From the NCBI GenBank assembly GCA_016700375.1, contig CP065016.1, positions 480,001 to 512,000 on the forward strand: 32,000 bases of DNA, written 5' to 3'. The notes beneath the pieces are model-generated. The model saw nothing but the letters and a program-made list of their open reading frames with translations. It did not search any database and was not told where the DNA came from. The DNA is from Candidatus Saccharimonadota bacterium. Its GTDB lineage: Bacteria; Patescibacteriota; Saccharimonadia; Saccharimonadales; UBA4665. Shown piece after piece: positions 22,741-31,550 of this stretch (position 1 is its first letter; the number at the start of each line of letters is the position of its first letter). Position numbers and translations under genes: made by a program.

Positions 22741-22986
22741 AAAACAGAAGGCCCCAGTCACCTGGCAGTCCGTGAACTGCCGGAACGTGACTGAAAGTTT
22801 AGTGAGACTGTAAGGGATAGTGGGCGCACAAACCTCGATGGCTACGTATGGATGCTGAAATTAATTCAGCATGACAAAACACAGAAAAACATGGATTCCC
22901 AGCCGGAATTTCCCCTCAACTTGACTAAAGGGCGGGAATGACAAGATTGGGATGAAAATAACAAGCGTGCAGGGGTTATTGGTTGA

Positions 22987-24594
22987 TTACTTCTTGAGTG
23001 CGGCGATGAAACCCTGAAACATAGGGTGCGGGCGGTTGGGGCGACTCTTGAACTCAGGGTGGTACTGGCTTGCCATAAGAAACGGATGGTCCACACCCTC
23101 AATTACTTCTACAAGACCGTTATCTGGGTTCATGCCGCTGGCACGAATACCCCAGCTTTCGTACTCGGAAACGTATTTCCCCATAGCCTCATAGCGGTGC
23201 CTGTGCCGCTCCACAATATCCTGAGTGCCGTATAGTTTCGCCGCAAGACTACCTGCTTCAAAGTGGCAGACATAGTCGCCAAGCCGCATGGTGCCACCGG
23301 TGTTTTCTTTGCCCTTCTGCCCTTCCATGGTATCTATAACCGCCGCCGTAGTATCCGGGTTAACCTCGGTTGTATTTGCATCTTCATAACCGTGCAGTCG
23401 GGCTGCGGCAATCACCATCATATGTAGGCCATAGCAAAGCCCAAGATACGGCAGTTTGTGCGTCAGCGCATACTGCGCTGCCCGAATTTTCCCCTCGACA
23501 CCGCGCGTACCAAACCCACCGGGCACTACAATACCATCAACTTTCGCAAGTTCAGCCGCAACTTCATCGTCACTAGCAGTCTCGAGCTTTGGCGCATCTA
23601 TCCACTGTATATCAACTGCCACATCGTTTGCCCATGCTGCGGCCCGTACGGCCTCAAACACAGACATATATGTGTCTGAGTTATCGAGGTATTTCGCAAC
23701 CACGCCTACTCGAACCGTCTGGCTCGGCTTAGAAACCGCTTTGTCCACAACCGCGCGCCATTCGCGCAGGTCTGGCTTGGTGACATCGAGCGATAGTTGC
23801 TCGCTAATGACATCGGCAATCCCTGTATCTTCGAGAGTAAGAGGGACTTCATAAATACTATCGGCATTTGGCAGCAGCGCGATTGCCTCTGGTTTTACGC
23901 CCGTAAAAAGGCTTAGTTTTTCTTTGACACTCACCGGCGCAGCATCTTCACTGCGACACACGAGTATATCTGGGGCAATACCCAGCCCGCGCAGCTCGCG
24001 TACAGAATTCTGTGCAGGTTTACTTTTGAACTCATGACTCGCACCGAGATATGGCATATACACCACATGAACAAATAGACAGTTATCACTACCGACGCGC
24101 ATACCGAGTTCCCGTATGGCCTCCACAAACGATAGGCTTTCATAGTCCCCCACCGTACCGCCAATCTCGACAATATGTACATCAAACCCCTCAGACGCCT
24201 TCAGTATGTGGTCCTGAATGGCTCGGGTGACATGGGGGATAATTTGTACGGTGTTGCCGCCAAATTTGCCGCTCCGTTCTGCCTCAATTACACCCAGCAG
24301 TACACGGCCGCTCATAAGTGAGCTTTCGCGGGTAAGTTCTTGGTCAAGAAAGCGTTCGTAGTGACCGAGGTCGAGGTCTGTTTCAGCCCCATCTTTGGTA
24401 ACAAAACATTCACCGTGCTCGCGCGGGTTGAGCATGCCGGCATCGACATTCAAATACGGATCACATTTTTGGAGGTTTACCGAGAGTCCGCGAGCTTTTA
24501 AGAGGTTTCCAATGGAGGCTGCCGTAATGCCCTTGCCGAGCCCCGAAAGCACACCACCTGTTACAAACACAAACTTCGTTTGCTTCTCACTCAC
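22987..24594 (-). CDS. pyrG: CTP synthase
   Basis: KFVFVTGGVLSGLGKGITAAS forms the N-terminus, and the C-terminal glutamine amidotransferase domain has GLCYGLHMM and YHPEF. I prefer GTG 24594 (GGGGAG 9 nt upstream). The track's ATG is at 24627. Confidence 0.95.
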   Translation of the reverse strand: MSEKQTKFVFVTGGVLSGLGKGITAASIGNLLKARGLSVNLQKCDPYLNVDAGMLNPREHGECFVTKDGAETDLDLGHYERFLDQELTRESSLMSGRVLLGVIEAERSGKFGGNTVQIIPHVTRAIQDHILKASEGFDVHIVEIGGTVGDYESLSFVEAIRELGMRVGSDNCLFVHVVYMPYLGASHEFKSKPAQNSVRELRGLGIAPDILVCRSEDAAPVSVKEKLSLFTGVKPEAIALLPNADSIYEVPLTLEDTGIADVISEQLSLDVTKPDLREWRAVVDKAVSKPSQTVRVGVVAKYLDNSDTYMSVFEAVRAAAWANDVAVDIQWIDAPKLETASDDEVAAELAKVDGIVVPGGFGTRGVEGKIRAAQYALTHKLPYLGLCYGLHMMVIAAARLHGYEDANTTEVNPDTTAAVIDTMEGQKGKENTGGTMRLGDYVCHFEAGSLAAKLYGTQDIVERHRHRYEAMGKYVSEYESWGIRASGMNPDNGLVEVIEGVDHPFLMASQYHPEFKSRPNRPHPMFQGFIAALKK

Positions 24595-24716
24595 GCTTCT
24601 AAACTCCCCGTTTATCCCACCAATCATACGCTGTTTTAGCCGCTAGCGCAACACGGACTTAATGACCAAGCCATTCATCAATAACTAATGATTGGATGAG
24701 CCTTCGTTGTTCGAAA

Positions 24717-24874
24717 TCCCAAATGACAAGTTCCAAATGACAAACAAATTCCAATATTCAAAACTTAAGATTCCAAACAAAAAGGTACAGGTGACTTTAC
24801 TTATCGCTGCTGCTCATTTTGGAATTTAGGATTTGAAATTTCGGTATTGTTTGGAATTTGTTATTTGGAACTTG
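24717..24874. repeat. Imperfect ~160-bp palindrome built from TTCCAAA / TTTGGAA heptamers in the ctp-pyrG intergenic region
   Basis: Left half has TCCCAAA (24717), TTCCAAA (24731), TTCCAAT (24749) and TTCCAAA (24771). Right half has TTTGGAA (24818, 24850, 24864) and TTTGAAA (24832). The arms 24728-24755 and 24851-24874 are complementary apart from a 4-nt indel. There is also the tandem TCCCAAATGACAAG / TTCCAAATGACAAAC. Confidence 0.75.
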
Positions 24875-24892
24875 AAAGTTTCTCGTAGAGAG

Positions 24893-26110
24893 TTACTGTC
24901 CCAACCAGCTTTGGGCGGCTTGGAGCTGAACGTCGTTTTTGTTCTTAATATCTTCTTCGCTAGGCTTCACTTCCTGGTCGGGCTTCACGCCGGTCTTGTC
25001 TATGTTGGTACCTTTCGGGGAGTACCACCGACCAATTGTCACCTTTAGCGAACTGCCATCGTCAAACGAAACTAGTTGCTGCACCACACCTTTGCCATAA
25101 CTTTTTTCACCGACAATCCGAGCACCGGCTTCATCGCGCAGGGCGAGTGCCACAATCTCTGAGGCAGAAGCCGAGCCACCATTCATAAGCACAACCGTCT
25201 TTACGCCCTTCAGAGGCGACAGACTGCCCGAAACCGCGTCGGTGGCGTACGTGGTATTACCGCGGCGTTGCTGCACGACTGTCTGACCGTTTTTTAGCCA
25301 CAAACCACTTATGCCGACAGCCGCAGAAACCTCACCGCCCGGGTTATCCCGAAGGTCTAAAATTACCTTGTTTACGCCAGCTTCACGAAATGATTGGGCA
25401 ACCTTTAGGGCGAGCTCGTCGGTGTCATCACTAAACTGGCTCACCTGCATATAGCCGATGTTACCCTCGAGAATTTTCGATTCTACCGACGGAACATGTA
25501 TGGTGTCGCGCGTAATTGTAAAATCGAGTTGCTGTTTCTTGTCGCGCACAATGGTCAACTTTACTTTTGTGCCTTTGGGCCCCCGTATCTTTAGCACCGC
25601 CTCTGTTGCGGTAAGTCCATAGCTGCTCTTGTCGTCTATGGTGGTAATGATGTCTTTTGCGCGTAAGCCAGCTGCCTCGGCCGGTGAGCCACTCAGCGGT
25701 GCCACAATCACGATGTTGCCGTCCTGGTCGAGCTCCAGCTTCGCCCCTACCCCACTAATGGTACCCTGCAAATCATTATTAAACTCTTCTGCCTCTTTTG
25801 CGGTAAAGAATTCAGTGTATGGGTCTTTTGTACTGGTTGCAAGACCGTGCTTCAAGCCGTTTAAAACCTGTTCTTCGCTCAGTTTGCCGTCGTAATTCTC
25901 TTTGAGGGCCTGATAGACCTTGTCTACCTGAGAGTAGTCAAACGTCTTGGGTAAGTCAGTCCGAGAAGTATACGGCTGACGCACCGGTAACAGACCGCTT
26001 TGCCCCATAAACACCCCACCAGCAAATACGGCCAGTAGCACCCACAAGCCCGCCAGCCGCTGCCATGTGAAAATATGCCCCGCTTTTACCTTCTTCTGTG
26101 CATTTTGCAT
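24893..26110 (-). CDS. S41-family carboxyl-terminal processing protease with a PDZ domain
   Basis: The ORF has an N-terminal TM helix, a PDZ-like segment (GVGAKLELDQDGNIVIVAPLSGSPAEAAGL), DLRDNPGG, GGSASASEI (Ser nucleophile) and SYGKG (Lys). I prefer ATG 26110; the track's GTG 26134 lies inside the IS481 inverted repeat. Confidence 0.9.
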   Translation of the reverse strand: MQNAQKKVKAGHIFTWQRLAGLWVLLAVFAGGVFMGQSGLLPVRQPYTSRTDLPKTFDYSQVDKVYQALKENYDGKLSEEQVLNGLKHGLATSTKDPYTEFFTAKEAEEFNNDLQGTISGVGAKLELDQDGNIVIVAPLSGSPAEAAGLRAKDIITTIDDKSSYGLTATEAVLKIRGPKGTKVKLTIVRDKKQQLDFTITRDTIHVPSVESKILEGNIGYMQVSQFSDDTDELALKVAQSFREAGVNKVILDLRDNPGGEVSAAVGISGLWLKNGQTVVQQRRGNTTYATDAVSGSLSPLKGVKTVVLMNGGSASASEIVALALRDEAGARIVGEKSYGKGVVQQLVSFDDGSSLKVTIGRWYSPKGTNIDKTGVKPDQEVKPSEEDIKNKNDVQLQAAQSWLGQ

Positions 26111-26121
26111 GTAGTTAGTAG

Positions 26122-27251
26122 TATACCCAAACACCCCAACTTTCTGAAATTTTCAGCCAGAGATTTCCTGGGACAAAACCATGAATAACCGACGAAGCAT
26201 CTCTGGATATGGTGAGAAGGTTAGGTGTAAAATCCCCGAGCGTTATTTAACTTTCTAGACAACCAAAGTAGCCTCCTCCATGGTAAAAGTTAGAGTACAA
26301 CCAACTAACTAACCCAACGAGAGGAGACTACCACTATGGTAGTACATAAACGAACACGGCTCATGCCGTTTCAACGTAAAGCATTGGCAGAGGATTATTT
26401 TGTCCTCAACTTACGTAAGAAAGATCTCATTGCCAAATATGGGGTGTCCTACCCCACTATACAAAAGATCCTCACTCGGGCTCGGCGGGATGACTACAGC
26501 CTGCACGTCAGTACTAACAAACGCTACCAATGCCTGGAGTACGGCTTAAAGCGGCTGGGCAAAATTGAGCGATCAATCCAAGATAAACTAGCCCGGACTG
26601 CCAAACGTTACGAGAAAGACTATCCAGGCGAGATGTTGCATATGGATACTAAACGTCTACCACTACTTACGGGCGAAACGAAGCTGGACGGCCATGAATA
26701 TCTGTTTGTGGCTATTGATGACTACTCAAGAGAGCTGTACGTTGGTATCTACCCCGACAAGAGCATGTTCAGTAGCGCGGATTTCCTCAGTACTGTACTG
26801 GCTCAATGCCCCTATGGTATTGAACGAATCTTAACCGACAATGGCACCGAGTACAAAGGCCGTTACGGTGAACATGCTTTCATGAAAGCCTGTGGCGAGG
26901 CTGGCATCACCCAGAAGTTCACCAAAGTGAAGTGTCCGCAGACGAATGGCAAAGCCGAACGAGCCATCCGAACACTAATGGAGAGCTGGCATAACGCCGA
27001 GGTATTTAACAGTCGTGAGGAGCGAGCCAAAGCCCTTACCAGGTTTGTGAATTACTACAACTGTGTACGCCCACACAAAGGCATTGACAAGGCGACGCCG
27101 CTCGAGCGACTATGTGAGTACTTTTACCAGTACGAGCGGCCTATGAAGGAAGCTGGAAAAGTTAAACAACGCGAGGTTTTCTAACAGGTTAGGCATGGTT
27201 TTGACCGGAAAGAATGGGTGAAAAATCGGAAAGCTGGGGTGTTTGGGTATA
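26122..27251 (+). mobile_element. IS481-family insertion sequence (~1.13 kb) with long imperfect terminal inverted repeats
   Basis: The outer 17 bp, TATACCCAAACACCCCA (26122-26138), are the exact reverse complement of 27235-27251. Similarity continues inward to about 65 bp (CAAAACCATG..TAACC blocks). The palindromic TATA at both tips could be either IR or a 4-bp TSD, so the ends are good to +/-4 bp. Confidence 0.85.
26336..27184 (+). CDS. IS481-family DDE (rve integrase-core) transposase, intact
   Basis: 282 aa with GAGGAG 8 nt upstream. N-terminal HTH region, then HMDTK (D), LTDNGTEY (D) and PQTNGKAER (E). Confidence 0.9.
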   Translation: MVVHKRTRLMPFQRKALAEDYFVLNLRKKDLIAKYGVSYPTIQKILTRARRDDYSLHVSTNKRYQCLEYGLKRLGKIERSIQDKLARTAKRYEKDYPGEMLHMDTKRLPLLTGETKLDGHEYLFVAIDDYSRELYVGIYPDKSMFSSADFLSTVLAQCPYGIERILTDNGTEYKGRYGEHAFMKACGEAGITQKFTKVKCPQTNGKAERAIRTLMESWHNAEVFNSREERAKALTRFVNYYNCVRPHKGIDKATPLERLCEYFYQYERPMKEAGKVKQREVF

Positions 27252-27330
27252 TACATGTTCGTTCAGCCAGATGCGAGCATGGCCGGCTCCGTGGCCGCAG
27301 TAGTGTCAGATACTTCGTACGTGAGCAGGC

Positions 27331-27357
27331 TTGACGAGGGCGAAGCTCGTGTACAAT
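27331..27357 (+). promoter_or_regulatory. Promoter of the FemAB-family gene, placed for a leaderless transcript
   Basis: TTGACG (27331-27336), 15-nt spacer (short), TACAAT (27352-27357), then 7 nt to ATG 27365. Confidence 0.45.
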
Positions 27358-27364
27358 AGTACCC

Positions 27365-28378
27365 ATGGGCGTTTATACTATCCAGCGATGTTCTGTAGAG
27401 GACTACGAGGCCGCCAGCCAGTCATATCTCGGTAATCAGCATGGACCGGTCACCTTCTTACAAGCACCGTTTTATGGCAGGTTGCAGGAGAATAGCGGCA
27501 AAGAAGTCGTTTATATTCGTATATTGAAGCAAGCGGAACTCCTTGGCTTTGGACTTGGGGTTATCTACAGCGCTCCGGGCGGGCTCAAGTTTCTATACTG
27601 TCCGTACGGGCCAATTTCTACAGAGTGGCCGCCTGAACTCGTGGCAGACCTTGAAGTTTTTTTCCGATCCCTCGCCGATAAGCTCGGCTGTACATTTGTC
27701 CGTATCGACAGCGACGAAGTGAAGTCTACCGCTGTAAAAAAACCAATCCCAAGTAAAATTGCCCGAACAGCCAGTCTGCAACCACGCGCTGAATTGGTGC
27801 TAGACATTTCTCCAGAGGAAGAAACTATTTGGATGGGGTTTCACAAGCACGCCCGTTACAATGTACGCCTTGCGGAACGGGCAGAAGCAAACATAGCCGT
27901 TCTGAAACCAAGCGAAGCACCGCTGGAAACGTTTTATTCCCTCATGAAAACCACTGGCGAGCGCGACAGTTTTGGCATATTCAACAAAGACTACTACGAA
28001 TCCTACTTAAAAACCCTCAGCGATGATGAAGGATTTGTGGTGCTTGTCAGCATAGATGGTAAACCAGCCGCAACCGGACTTTTCGTACTCTACGACAAGC
28101 AAGCTCACTATGTTTTTGCCGGCTCTAGCAATGACTTTCGCAAGATTGCACCCGCCTACAGCGTCATATGGGCGGCTGTGAAGGAGGCCAAAAAACGCGG
28201 TTGCACGCTACTAAACTTTGGTGGTGTGACGGACGATGTAAAGGGCCATGACCTCGGCGGTGTGACCGGGTTCAAAAAACGCTTTGGCGGCTACCGCATC
28301 GAACATGCTAACCCTGTAGATTTCGTTTGTAAGACCGCACACTATGCGATGTTCAAACTTTATAAGCTGCTGCGTTAA
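27365..28378 (+). CDS. FemA/FemB/FemX-family peptidoglycan interpeptide-bridge aminoacyltransferase
   Basis: 337 aa. FLQAPFYG near the N-terminus; HKHARYNVRLAER; YVFAGSSNDFRKIAPAYSVIWAAVKEAKKRGCTLLNFGGV and GVTGFKKRFGG are typical FemAB blocks. Confidence 0.85.
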   Translation: MGVYTIQRCSVEDYEAASQSYLGNQHGPVTFLQAPFYGRLQENSGKEVVYIRILKQAELLGFGLGVIYSAPGGLKFLYCPYGPISTEWPPELVADLEVFFRSLADKLGCTFVRIDSDEVKSTAVKKPIPSKIARTASLQPRAELVLDISPEEETIWMGFHKHARYNVRLAERAEANIAVLKPSEAPLETFYSLMKTTGERDSFGIFNKDYYESYLKTLSDDEGFVVLVSIDGKPAATGLFVLYDKQAHYVFAGSSNDFRKIAPAYSVIWAAVKEAKKRGCTLLNFGGVTDDVKGHDLGGVTGFKKRFGGYRIEHANPVDFVCKTAHYAMFKLYKLLR

Positions 28379-28384
28379 ACGGGG

Positions 28385-29864
28385 CTAGTACACAACAAGT
28401 ATTTGGCGCCCACCGCCATTCATGCTTGCCCGTAGCGCCTCTGCACTCAGATAAACGCTCCCCCGAAGCGGGTCGTGCAGGAAAAACCCTATTGGATTTT
28501 CTGCGGTTCCTTCAACCCCGTATACCAATCGTACGTGCTGGTTTTTGGCCGCATGGACGACACCACTTGTTGCCGTGTTCCAGCTGTCGTCCACTGCTGT
28601 CCAGCCCATAACACCCCACATAACGACTGGCCGGCCGGCATGGATAGCCGAAGCAACACTGCTAGCTGAAGGATAGTATATAACGTCTGCACTGCGACCA
28701 TATGACTGTGCTGCCTTCGCGACAGGTCCCGCATATACTCCCCAGCCAGTAACATTTAGCCTGCCGTTCACGTCACCAACAAACTCAACATTTGGGTCCT
28801 GCCACGTATTGGTAGCCATGTCCCTTGGCTGCGGTGCATAGCCAATTTTGGTAAGAATATCCATGTCGCTGGCACTTATCCCGTAGTACGCAAGTGCCAT
28901 ACGCAATGAAGCTGCCTCACAGCTTAGTGAATACGCCTGACGATAGTACGGAACCGCAAGTTTACGTACGGGCGGCACTGTTGTGAACTGCCTGCTATAG
29001 GCACCCCCGGTCAATCCGAATACGGGTTTAATCCCCACCGAAACGCCGTAAGTATATGTTGTCTGCTCGCTCAAGCCAGACACTTTATAGGTCATGGTAC
29101 TCCCTGACCAGCTAAAACTTCCTGCAGCATGTGGCTGTATATAAAACGCGTTCTCAGCGCTGCTTCGGTCGACCGCCTGGTCAAAACTAAGGCTTAATGA
29201 GGTAGTGAGTGGCACACGAGTTCCCGATGGTGATGCACTCACAACCTTTACGTTTCCCGGCGTTTGCGCGTAAAAAACTTTCTCTGCCGTAATAACACCG
29301 CCGCGCATAGAGGTTGTGCCAGCAGCAACTTTGTATGAGTATGTTGTACCAGGCACAACTAAGCTTGTGGTGAAACTGTACTGACGCTTAGTTTGCCAAG
29401 CGCCCTTTCCGGGCATGGCAAACTGGACACTGTTTTCAGTAGCAGCCATATCTTGGTCGAAGTCGAGTGTAATTGTCTGATTTGGGCTAATGTAGCCAGT
29501 GACGTTGGCTGAAACACGCGGCTCCGCCACTGTCGTAAAAGCAAAAACCGCAACAACTTGCTTTTCGCTGCTCTGCTTCGTGTCCCGCACCTCTGCATGG
29601 TATGACTTACCCTGCTCTAGCGGACCCGTCAGTTTCCACCGAAAGAGAACGTCATCTCGACTAGATGGCTTCGGCGACACCACGGGTATATCACCACTTA
29701 AGACAAGTTTTCTCAGCCCTTTATTAGGTGCGCTCAGACGAACAGAAACTTCACTATTTTGACGCACAAACTCGGCATTTTTTGCCGGAGTTTGAGCCGT
29801 GATTCGAGGCGCGCGCTCCGTGACGACCTGAACAGTCTGCTCGCTGGGAGTGTTGCTCATAATA
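28385..29864 (-). pseudogene. C-terminal 490 codons of a ~664-aa envelope protein (Ig-like repeats plus a C39-like/YvpB-type cysteine peptidase domain) split by an IS
   Basis: The apparent start MSNTPSEQ is the internal ...ADIM|SNTPSEQ of the reconstructed gene. The C-terminal YYRQAYSLSCEAASLRMALAYYGI...HVRLVYG fits the Peptidase_C39_2 pattern. It could still be expressed as a truncated, anchor-less protein. Confidence 0.8.
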
Positions 29865-30965
29865 GGCTTAAGTCACATTTCGGGTTGCTGCTAATGCTTA
29901 CTTTCAACTAAAACGGACAGGCTCGCTGTTCATAGTATCCTAAGGTTGCAAAACTAATTAGGAGAAAAACTATGAGAGCGAAACGCTGTCCGTTTTTTCA
30001 TTGTACCAACGTAAAGAAGAATGGTATACGCCGTGGCTTACAACGCTATGTTTGTGAAGATTGCGGTGCATCATGGCAAAGTAAACCACGACCAGACAGA
30101 CGTCTAAAAAAACTCTGGCATCAGTATGCATTTGATGGCCGAACAGTCCGTGATCTCGCCCGTTCGCATAAGGTCGGTGAGACACGTATACGATCATGTC
30201 TCGCTGCATATGTGCCACCAGCTATTGTCCACAAGCCTCGTGTGGTTGCCGTCGTCATGGATGTCACCTACTTTGATGGCTGGGGTATGTTAGTCGTTAT
30301 TGACCCTACTGCGAATACAGCCCTGGGCGAGAACACTGTCCTCTACTATGCCGTTCTGGAGGGGACAGAGCGAACCAGGGATTATGAGGTCGCAACAGAT
30401 ACACTTGAGTCCTTAGGCTACTGCATCATCATGGCAACCATTGACGGGCGTAGAGGCGTGAAGACAATGCTAGAAGATCATGCCATACCTGTACAGTACT
30501 GTCAGTTTCATCAACTCATGGCTATGACCAGATGCCTCACTCGTCGACCCAGGCTTGCGCAGAACGTTGCACTGAGACACATAGCACTTACCCTCACGAG
30601 AACTGACATCACCACGTTTGCAGCTGCCTTGGCGGATTGGTACGAACAGTACGGCTCATGGCTCAAAGAGCGAGATGACATAACAGGAAGATACGCTCAT
30701 GAACGTACCAGGCGAGCCTACTTCAGCCTCGTCCGCAACCTGGACAATTTGTTTACCTACCAGCACGACTACATGCAAGCGTACCAACGAGATACTGGCA
30801 AGAACCCAGCCAATACCACCAACGCATTAGAAGGTAGATTTGGTGTCTGGAAAGACAGGCTAACCGCACACAGAGGAACCTCAAAACAGCGTACAATTAC
30901 AATCCTCCGTAGTTTCTTCTCTGAGAGAACAGATTAACTGAGCCACCCGAAATGTGACTTAAGCC
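29865..30965 (+). mobile_element. IS1/IS1595-like insertion sequence (1101 bp) with 21-bp perfect inverted repeats and an 8-bp target-site duplication
   Basis: GGCTTAAGTCACATTTCGGGT (29865-29885) is the exact reverse complement of 30945-30965. The direct repeat TCATAATA flanks it at 29857-29864 and 30966-30973. Removing the element and one repeat restores a continuous host reading frame. Confidence 0.9.
29972..30937 (+). CDS. Zinc-ribbon DDE transposase (IS1/IS1595-like), intact
   Basis: 321 aa with AGGAG 8 nt upstream. N-terminal CPFFHC...CEDCG zinc ribbon, then VVAVVMDVTYF (D), MATIDGRRG (D) and NTTNALEGRFGVWKDRL (E region). Confidence 0.8.
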   Translation: MRAKRCPFFHCTNVKKNGIRRGLQRYVCEDCGASWQSKPRPDRRLKKLWHQYAFDGRTVRDLARSHKVGETRIRSCLAAYVPPAIVHKPRVVAVVMDVTYFDGWGMLVVIDPTANTALGENTVLYYAVLEGTERTRDYEVATDTLESLGYCIIMATIDGRRGVKTMLEDHAIPVQYCQFHQLMAMTRCLTRRPRLAQNVALRHIALTLTRTDITTFAAALADWYEQYGSWLKERDDITGRYAHERTRRAYFSLVRNLDNLFTYQHDYMQAYQRDTGKNPANTTNALEGRFGVWKDRLTAHRGTSKQRTITILRSFFSERTD

Positions 30966-31488
30966 TCATAATATCGGCTGTTGGCTCTACCTTTTTGAGC
31001 TGAAGATGCAACACCGAGTTTGGCGCAAGCATTGCTTTGGGGGTAAATACCAGCGCTCGCACGCCACCAAGCTGTTTTTCGAACGTCCACGTACCATCAA
31101 TGTGTTCCTGCCAGCTATACCGCAACCCGCTTTTGACTGGGCGAGTAAAGACGATTCGTATAGGTTCATTTATGGCATGATTAACAATGTGGTCTGCTCG
31201 AACGGTCTGATGAGCATAAGCAATACTGCTTGAAACTCCTATGTACCCCACCATAATACCAAGGAATAGTCCGGCATAGAACAATCCTCTTTTTTGACTA
31301 GCGAAAATAGGGCTAATCTTGTGAAAATTCTGTGTGGTTCGTTGTATTAGCTGCTTTCCGAAATCCCTTTTTCCTTGGCTCGGCTTTTTTGATTGTATAA
31401 CGCTACTTGTAGTTGTTTCGCTCGACAAACTAACCCGCCGGACATGAATACGTTTTGCTCTACTTTTTTGTATAACTGGTATTTGCAC
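30966..31488 (-). pseudogene. N-terminal 174 codons (cytoplasmic tail, TM anchor, first Ig-like segment) of the IS-split C39-like envelope protein
   Basis: GTG 31488 has AGGAG 9 nt upstream, and there is a TM helix LFYAGLFLGIMVGYIGVSSSIAY. The frame reads ...KKVEPTADIM, then continues into the IS inverted repeat (RLKSHFGWLS) and stops at 30934. Confidence 0.8.
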
Positions 31489-31550
31489 GGTACGTCGCTC
31501 CTGCGAGAGGTACTAGGTTTTTTGTGTGTTTGCGCAAGTAAAAAGCGCGG

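Noticed and set aside
22900-22950. Relatedness of GGGCGGGAATGACAAG (22930-22945) to the arm core CGGAATGACAGG of the relBE palindrome, which would indicate a second copy of the same MITE
   Set aside because: Only about 10 of 12 positions match. The diagnostic outer arms (TGAATCACGAAACT) and the GAGCGAAGTCGAG core are absent, so the evidence is too weak to call a second copy.
22476-22986. Possible RNase P RNA, tmRNA, SRP RNA or 6S RNA in the ORF-free region downstream of pyrG
   Set aside because: Neither strand has the hallmark strings. The RNase P motifs GAGGAAAGTCC and ACAGAA..CGGCTTA are absent. There is no tRNA-like T-arm (GGTTCGA/GTTCAA), 5' GGGG...TTCGAC or ...CCACCA acceptor, as tmRNA would need. 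The SRP motif AGGTC..GGAAGCAGCC is absent. The end-to-end pairing expected of 6S RNA is also missing. Short matches to E. coli RNase P (CAGTCCGTG, GTAAGGG) occur in the wrong order. The region is kept only as an unclassified structured-RNA candidate.
26111-26134. GTG 26134 as the start of the S41 protease (413-aa version in the ORF track)
   Set aside because: The first 8 codons would be encoded by the terminal inverted repeat of the IS481 element and its junction. ATG 26110 (MQNAQKK...) precedes the TM helix at a normal distance.
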